The position numbers and the translations under genes are program-made. This document shows, one piece after another, positions 54,029-58,488 of a stretch of DNA of 58,488 bases. The DNA comes from a virus. Lineage: Duplodnaviria; Caudoviricetes. The notes under the pieces were generated by a model. That model was not told where the DNA came from. It ran no database searches and worked only from the letters and a program-made list of their open reading frames with translations. Location of the stretch: positions 1 to 58,488 of IMG/VR virus record IMGVR_UViG_3300032605_001675. One strand, written 5' to 3'. Numbering within the stretch: position 1 is the first letter of the stretch; each line of letters opens with the position of its first letter.

Positions 54029-55543
54029 CTAGCCTATTACACCGGCACCAGTATTACTGGATGTAGTTACTTGACCGGTCTGACTATTAATACTTAAGGT
54101 CACATTAATGTAGTTTAGAGGCACAGTAGGTGAGTATTGGAAGCTCACATTAACTGTAGTGGGATTAGTAGGACTAATCGCGTAGGTAAGGTTCTGGTAG
54201 CTCTGAATTAGGTTAGTATTAACCGAACGCATTAGAGTGGCTAGAACTGTACTCTGTAGTGCTGCAAGAGTACCCGTAGTTAGAGGACTACCGATAAGTT
54301 CACTGTTGTCAATACTCTTTTGAATATTGTTACTAAGTCGGTCACCAATAGCATTAATTGAGATTTCTTGAGTCAACCAGTTGGTGGTATTAACCGTTAA
54401 ACCGTGACGAACATAAATCTGTCCATTTGCACGTTGACGAACAACACAGGCACCTAGACTCTGTAGAGTTGTACTGTCCTGGCTACTAATCTGGTTAGGA
54501 ATACTCTGAATACCCTGAGTTACCTTGTGGGTAATTGGAACGAATACATCAGGCTGGCCTGTAAATAGACCGGCTTGAACTGCAGCCAAGTAGAAACCAT
54601 CAATGGTGATATATCCGGTACTAATACCCGTAGTGCTATTTAGGCCTGGATTAATATTAATCTGCTGAGGAGCAGCAAGCGTCATACGAGTTCCACTGGT
54701 TGCACTACCACCGGCCAAACTAGTAGTAATACGACTAACCGTACTAATTAGGTTGGCACTGGTCACTGTAGAGTCCATACCAACGAATGCACGTTGGAAT
54801 ACTCCATTGGAGGCCTGAGCAATTAGGAAGCTATTGAGACCTGCAAAAAGAGTTCCTGTAGTTCCTGTATTGTAGGTAGTGTCATACTTTAGAGGAACAA
54901 TGACATCGATACCGGGAACATTAGTAAGTCCCTGTACGGCATTCAAGAAGTCTTGCTCGGTTCCGGCATTACCACTAGCTGAGATAATATTCTGGCAACT
55001 TACAACTTGAGCACCATTCTGGAAAGCAAGCCAAGCGGCAAGAGTTGCAGGACTGTTAATACTCACTGCACCTGTAGTGCTATTAAAGTTGAATGCTGGA
55101 CCAAAGGTCTGCTGAACACTATTGAAGCTATAGAACTTATAGGTCTGACCAGGAACTGCACTAGCATAGTTGTAGTTAGCTGCAATCCAACCGGCTCCAC
55201 CAAGTGCAGCAATGTTGGTACTACCGGTAATGGTAGTGATTGTAGTAACTCCACTTGTAGTAGTGAAGCTATAGTCTGTACCACTTACAAGTGTAGTACC
55301 TGTAGTGTTGTTGGTCACTACTAAAGAACTAGTAACAACTCCGCTCTGAGTTAGCGCAAAAGAGTTGGCTGTAGTAGAGCCTGAAACCACTAGAAAACGG
55401 TCAGTTTGTGGAGCTACTGGATTGTTGCCACTTGCATTGGCTAGGAAGCAGATGTTGAGTGAAGTAGAATTAGCGGTGCTCAGTGATGGGTTAGTAACTT
55501 GCGTTACGTAAACTCCAGGATTCTGATAGTTATTGACGGCCAT
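54029..55543 (-). CDS. contractile tail sheath protein
   Basis: YQNPGVYV N-terminus, PITHK, HG.T, EIS, Y.P..PLNYI C-terminus. Confidence 0.9.
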   Translation of the reverse strand: MAVNNYQNPGVYVTQVTNPSLSTANSTSLNICFLANASGNNPVAPQTDRFLVVSGSTTANSFALTQSGVVTSSLVVTNNTTGTTLVSGTDYSFTTTSGVTTITTITGSTNIAALGGAGWIAANYNYASAVPGQTYKFYSFNSVQQTFGPAFNFNSTTGAVSINSPATLAAWLAFQNGAQVVSCQNIISASGNAGTEQDFLNAVQGLTNVPGIDVIVPLKYDTTYNTGTTGTLFAGLNSFLIAQASNGVFQRAFVGMDSTVTSANLISTVSRITTSLAGGSATSGTRMTLAAPQQININPGLNSTTGISTGYITIDGFYLAAVQAGLFTGQPDVFVPITHKVTQGIQSIPNQISSQDSTTLQSLGACVVRQRANGQIYVRHGLTVNTTNWLTQEISINAIGDRLSNNIQKSIDNSELIGSPLTTGTLAALQSTVLATLMRSVNTNLIQSYQNLTYAISPTNPTTVNVSFQYSPTVPLNYINVTLSINSQTGQVTTSSNTGAGVIG

Positions 55544-55595
55544 AGAAATTGCTCCTTACAGGTACTTTGTATTAGTTAAAAGAAAAGTTACAATG

Positions 55596-56261
55596 TTAAC
55601 CAGAAAATACCACGTAGTTCTGACTACCACTCAAGGTTACAGAAGTAAGTGTAGGCAGACCAAAAGCAAACTTGCTTTCATAGAAGTCTCCAACACATTG
55701 GATTCTTATACTGGCTTCATAGGTCAATTCTTCGGGGCTAAACGGGGTTGAGGGTGAAACGGTATCTCCGAGACTGGTTACAGTGCCTTGGAGAAGGGTC
55801 ATTCCGATTAAATCATTTGCATTGATACTGTTATAAAAGGCATTACTTCCTGGGTTACCGGGATTCATGAGTACTAGGTTGTAGAGTGAATCTAGTAAGC
55901 GGTCTCGTTCTTCCGAGTGTATAGCCAAGATCTGTAGATCGATGTTGCCCTCAAAGTAACCCTGTCTGGATGAGATGGCGGCTTGACTTCCCGAGATAGT
56001 ACTACCACTTGGGTAGACATAGGTATCGGGGTATAGACCACTCCACTTGGTAGTAGTGGGTCTAAATTGAACAAAGATAGCAGGCCATTGAACTTCCTCT
56101 AGTGGATACTCAATAGTAACACTATTGGGAGTTAGGTCTAGAGTAGTATCCTGAGGTAGATTGAACTGACCGGTTAGGTTAGGAGTTCCTGTAGGATTCA
56201 GTGCTCTATAACCGGCCACCAATGCCTCTACAATGGCAATCTTAACTGCAGTTATAAACAT
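55596..56261 (-). CDS. tail terminator / neck protein
   Basis: IEYP....WPAI.V, A..SEERD.L.D; just upstream of sheath. Confidence 0.6.
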   Translation of the reverse strand: MFITAVKIAIVEALVAGYRALNPTGTPNLTGQFNLPQDTTLDLTPNSVTIEYPLEEVQWPAIFVQFRPTTTKWSGLYPDTYVYPSGSTISGSQAAISSRQGYFEGNIDLQILAIHSEERDRLLDSLYNLVLMNPGNPGSNAFYNSINANDLIGMTLLQGTVTSLGDTVSPSTPFSPEELTYEASIRIQCVGDFYESKFAFGLPTLTSVTLSGSQNYVVFSG

Positions 56262-56750
56262 CTAACGAACCTCTCTAATGGCATCCATGAGAAACTTGAG
56301 ATCAGTTTCGTCTAGCATACGAATAACACTAGAGCCTGTAGTGGTACTGGCCCACTCACGTACTGCCTGCTGAATACCCTGCTCTACAAAGTGTTGACCC
56401 TTGATACCTGGATTCTTCCAAGTGATCTTGGTGGTAACAATCTGACCTTTTTCATTTCGAGCTGTAATTTTATTACGGCCAATATTACTGGAAGTTGCAC
56501 TTCTAAAAACTATTTCTCCACTAGGAGTTCTAATAGGAATAGTCTTTCCAGCCAACTCTCTCATGATGTGGGGAGCTGTACCGTTATTCTGTAGAAACAT
56601 GTGACCCGGAAGGTTCATACCGATTTGACCAGGACCACTAACTGGAGATATAGCAGCTGCTCCACTACCAGTATCTTTGGGAGCTAGTTGTTGAGCAATC
56701 TCTACCGCTCTTCTAGCAAGTTGGCTAGTTATACTTGAGGGCAGTAGCAT
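56262..56750 (-). CDS. HK97 gp10-like neck/tail-completion protein
   Basis: AP.DTG, GT.PH, PGIKGQHFV..G motifs. Confidence 0.6.
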   Translation of the reverse strand: MLLPSSITSQLARRAVEIAQQLAPKDTGSGAAAISPVSGPGQIGMNLPGHMFLQNNGTAPHIMRELAGKTIPIRTPSGEIVFRSATSSNIGRNKITARNEKGQIVTTKITWKNPGIKGQHFVEQGIQQAVREWASTTTGSSVIRMLDETDLKFLMDAIREVR

Positions 56751-56751
56751 A

Positions 56752-57513
56752 TTATACGAATGGAACCGAGTAGTAGGGGTGACCGGGCCAGAGGTTTTCT
56801 AGGGTGGCCTGCTGATTTACAATAATTGTAGTGTTGGCATAGGGTTGTGTAGTGCCCACTCGGTTAGGGTACTGAGCACTAGGACCAGGACCTGTACGAA
56901 TGGTGACCGGACTCACATTACTGACCTGGAACACTTCATTGCAACTGGTAGGGATTCCATTGTTCCAAGAGTTGATTCTAAATACAATATCTCCCTGACG
57001 AATCTGAGGATACCAGGAGAACTGTACTCGGGGATTTTGAGTCCAGAACTGACCGGTACTTAGATCTCTACGAACATCTGGAGTATCACTGGCCAACATA
57101 TATAGGTGATAGGCTATGGGTTGGAAACCACCGGTAAAGGTAGTTCCATAGCAATCAGGGCAGTAACTGTTACCGGTCTGTCTATAGACCTTACTGGCTC
57201 TGGCCTGAACTGTACCGTTGGGACTACTGGGGTTAGGACTATCCTGACAGGTAAGGCAATAGGTAACTAATCCGGCTGCAGCATCTTCTGCACGCCAAAG
57301 AAGTCTCACTACACATTCCTCACCAAACCACTGTAAAGTTTCATCATGGAATCTCTGTTGATCAGTTTGAGTCCAACCCTCTCTCTGCTTGACTACAAGA
57401 AGAGGACTTTCATTCTGATAGGGCAGTGTCTGATATAATCCAGAGGGCTGGATTACTGGACCCGGACTAGGGTCAATAGGACTAGTAGTTGGGTCTACCC
57501 ATCCCATACTCAT
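56752..57513 (-). CDS. head-tail connector (stopper-like) with CxxC pairs
   Basis: GE, CLTC, CPDCYGT.F.GGF, P.IRQGD; neck-module position. Confidence 0.6.
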   Translation of the reverse strand: MSMGWVDPTTSPIDPSPGPVIQPSGLYQTLPYQNESPLLVVKQREGWTQTDQQRFHDETLQWFGEECVVRLLWRAEDAAAGLVTYCLTCQDSPNPSSPNGTVQARASKVYRQTGNSYCPDCYGTTFTGGFQPIAYHLYMLASDTPDVRRDLSTGQFWTQNPRVQFSWYPQIRQGDIVFRINSWNNGIPTSCNEVFQVSNVSPVTIRTGPGPSAQYPNRVGTTQPYANTTIIVNQQATLENLWPGHPYYSVPFV

Positions 57514-58379
57514 TAGATACCGCCGGCATTAACTGCTGCATACAGATAGTGAGGCCTACTCGGATTAACAAACATTCTAGGAATAAGTCCACCGGCAACC
57601 AATAGGCTACGCTTACTACCCACCATGTATTGACGCTTCATCTGTCTTAGCTGCTTGTCGGCAATCTCTTTTTCAAAGGTGTAGAGAGTCCACCAACGGT
57701 TGTAGTAGTCTCTACGGTCCATCCATGCAGCCGTCATGCCTTGAGGGGCGGGTTGTTCAATGTAGTTACGAGCAATATGCTTTAAGAAGTGAGCATAAGT
57801 TTGAGTAGCAAGAACTCCATAGTAGTTACTGGGCCATGGAGCCATTGCATTATTACCCACTTCATAACTCGGTTGAAAGATGGGTTGGAATTCAAAGTTG
57901 CAGTAGTCAATGGCTTCTGTACTCATCATGAAGGCCACTTCTTCGTAGATACTGAATCCACTCTGCTGCATTTCTTGAAGGTAAGGACCACCACTAGTAG
58001 AGTCAAAACTCTTGTCAATACGGTGAACAATACCTGCTGCCAGTTGACGCTGGTCATAGGTCAAGTTCTGCCAGTACGGCATTTGATCACCGATAACAAA
58101 GTTGTCCTGGTATTGACGAGCGGTTCCACTAATGGTATAAGTCCAGTTGACCTGGTAGTTACCCATAATAGCAGTCTGGTTACTCTCGAGTAGGTACTGG
58201 AAAGTCCCTGTACTCTCGTAGGTGGCTAGAGTACCACTCGGTACTAGCACTGTTCCATTATCCGAGTTGACAATACCTAGATAGACTTGGTTATTATCTG
58301 GGTTAGTAAGAACACCCTGGGAGTAGATCATTACGCCTACAGGTTCTACTGCATATTGGGGTATTGGTCTAACTCTCAC
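57513..58379 (-). CDS. head-to-tail adaptor protein
   Basis: FDS..GGPYL, YIEQP, DRRDY..RW; neck-module position. Confidence 0.6.
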   Translation of the reverse strand: MRVRPIPQYAVEPVGVMIYSQGVLTNPDNNQVYLGIVNSDNGTVLVPSGTLATYESTGTFQYLLESNQTAIMGNYQVNWTYTISGTARQYQDNFVIGDQMPYWQNLTYDQRQLAAGIVHRIDKSFDSTSGGPYLQEMQQSGFSIYEEVAFMMSTEAIDYCNFEFQPIFQPSYEVGNNAMAPWPSNYYGVLATQTYAHFLKHIARNYIEQPAPQGMTAAWMDRRDYYNRWWTLYTFEKEIADKQLRQMKRQYMVGSKRSLLVAGGLIPRMFVNPSRPHYLYAAVNAGGI

Positions 58380-58488
58380 AGGGAGTCCTTTACAATCAGA
58401 TTATTAGTTGGTGCTTGGTGCTACGGCTGGGAAGTTTTCATTGATGTGCTGAACAGCATATGCTGTTGCAGCTTCACAACTTGCCCAA

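Noticed and set aside
2409-58193. Plus-strand ORFs in the ORF track (60-134 aa)
   Set aside because: Nearly all are antisense shadows of well-supported minus-strand genes and show no motifs or RBS

Overview
A 58.5-kb internal segment of a large, contractile-tailed (myovirus-type) dsDNA phage. Essentially all real genes lie on the minus strand. Reading from high to low coordinates: neck/head-tail genes, tail sheath, tail tube, frameshifted tail chaperones, tape measure, baseplate/tail proteins (one with NlpC/P60), SNF2 helicase, Rpf-like transglycosylase and WhiB (pointing to an actinobacterial host, although GC is only roughly 40-43% by eye), three glycosyltransferases and two methyltransferases, a tRNA-Arg, a compositionally distinct array of small Cys-rich cassette genes with shared junctions, an HslV-like protease, UvsE, a DNA-modification cluster, and the replication/recombination block (DnaC-like, DnaB, primase, SSB, GroES, DnaE, RecA, resolvase, Cas4-like). 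The main finding is the modification cluster (12953-21398). It has FolE, QueD and QueE (which make 7-carboxy-7-deazaguanine, CDG) and a divergent TGT/DpdA-like transglycosylase, but no QueC or QueF in the window. In their place sit a LuxE-like acyl-protein synthetase, a LuxC-like acyl reductase, a class III PLP aminotransferase and an amidoligase. This suggests an apparently undescribed carboxylate -> aldehyde -> amine route from CDG to preQ1 (or to a further-derivatised 7-deazaguanine) for phage DNA hypermodification. All assignments come from motif recognition by eye; no database searches were run, and QueC/QueF could lie outside this window.
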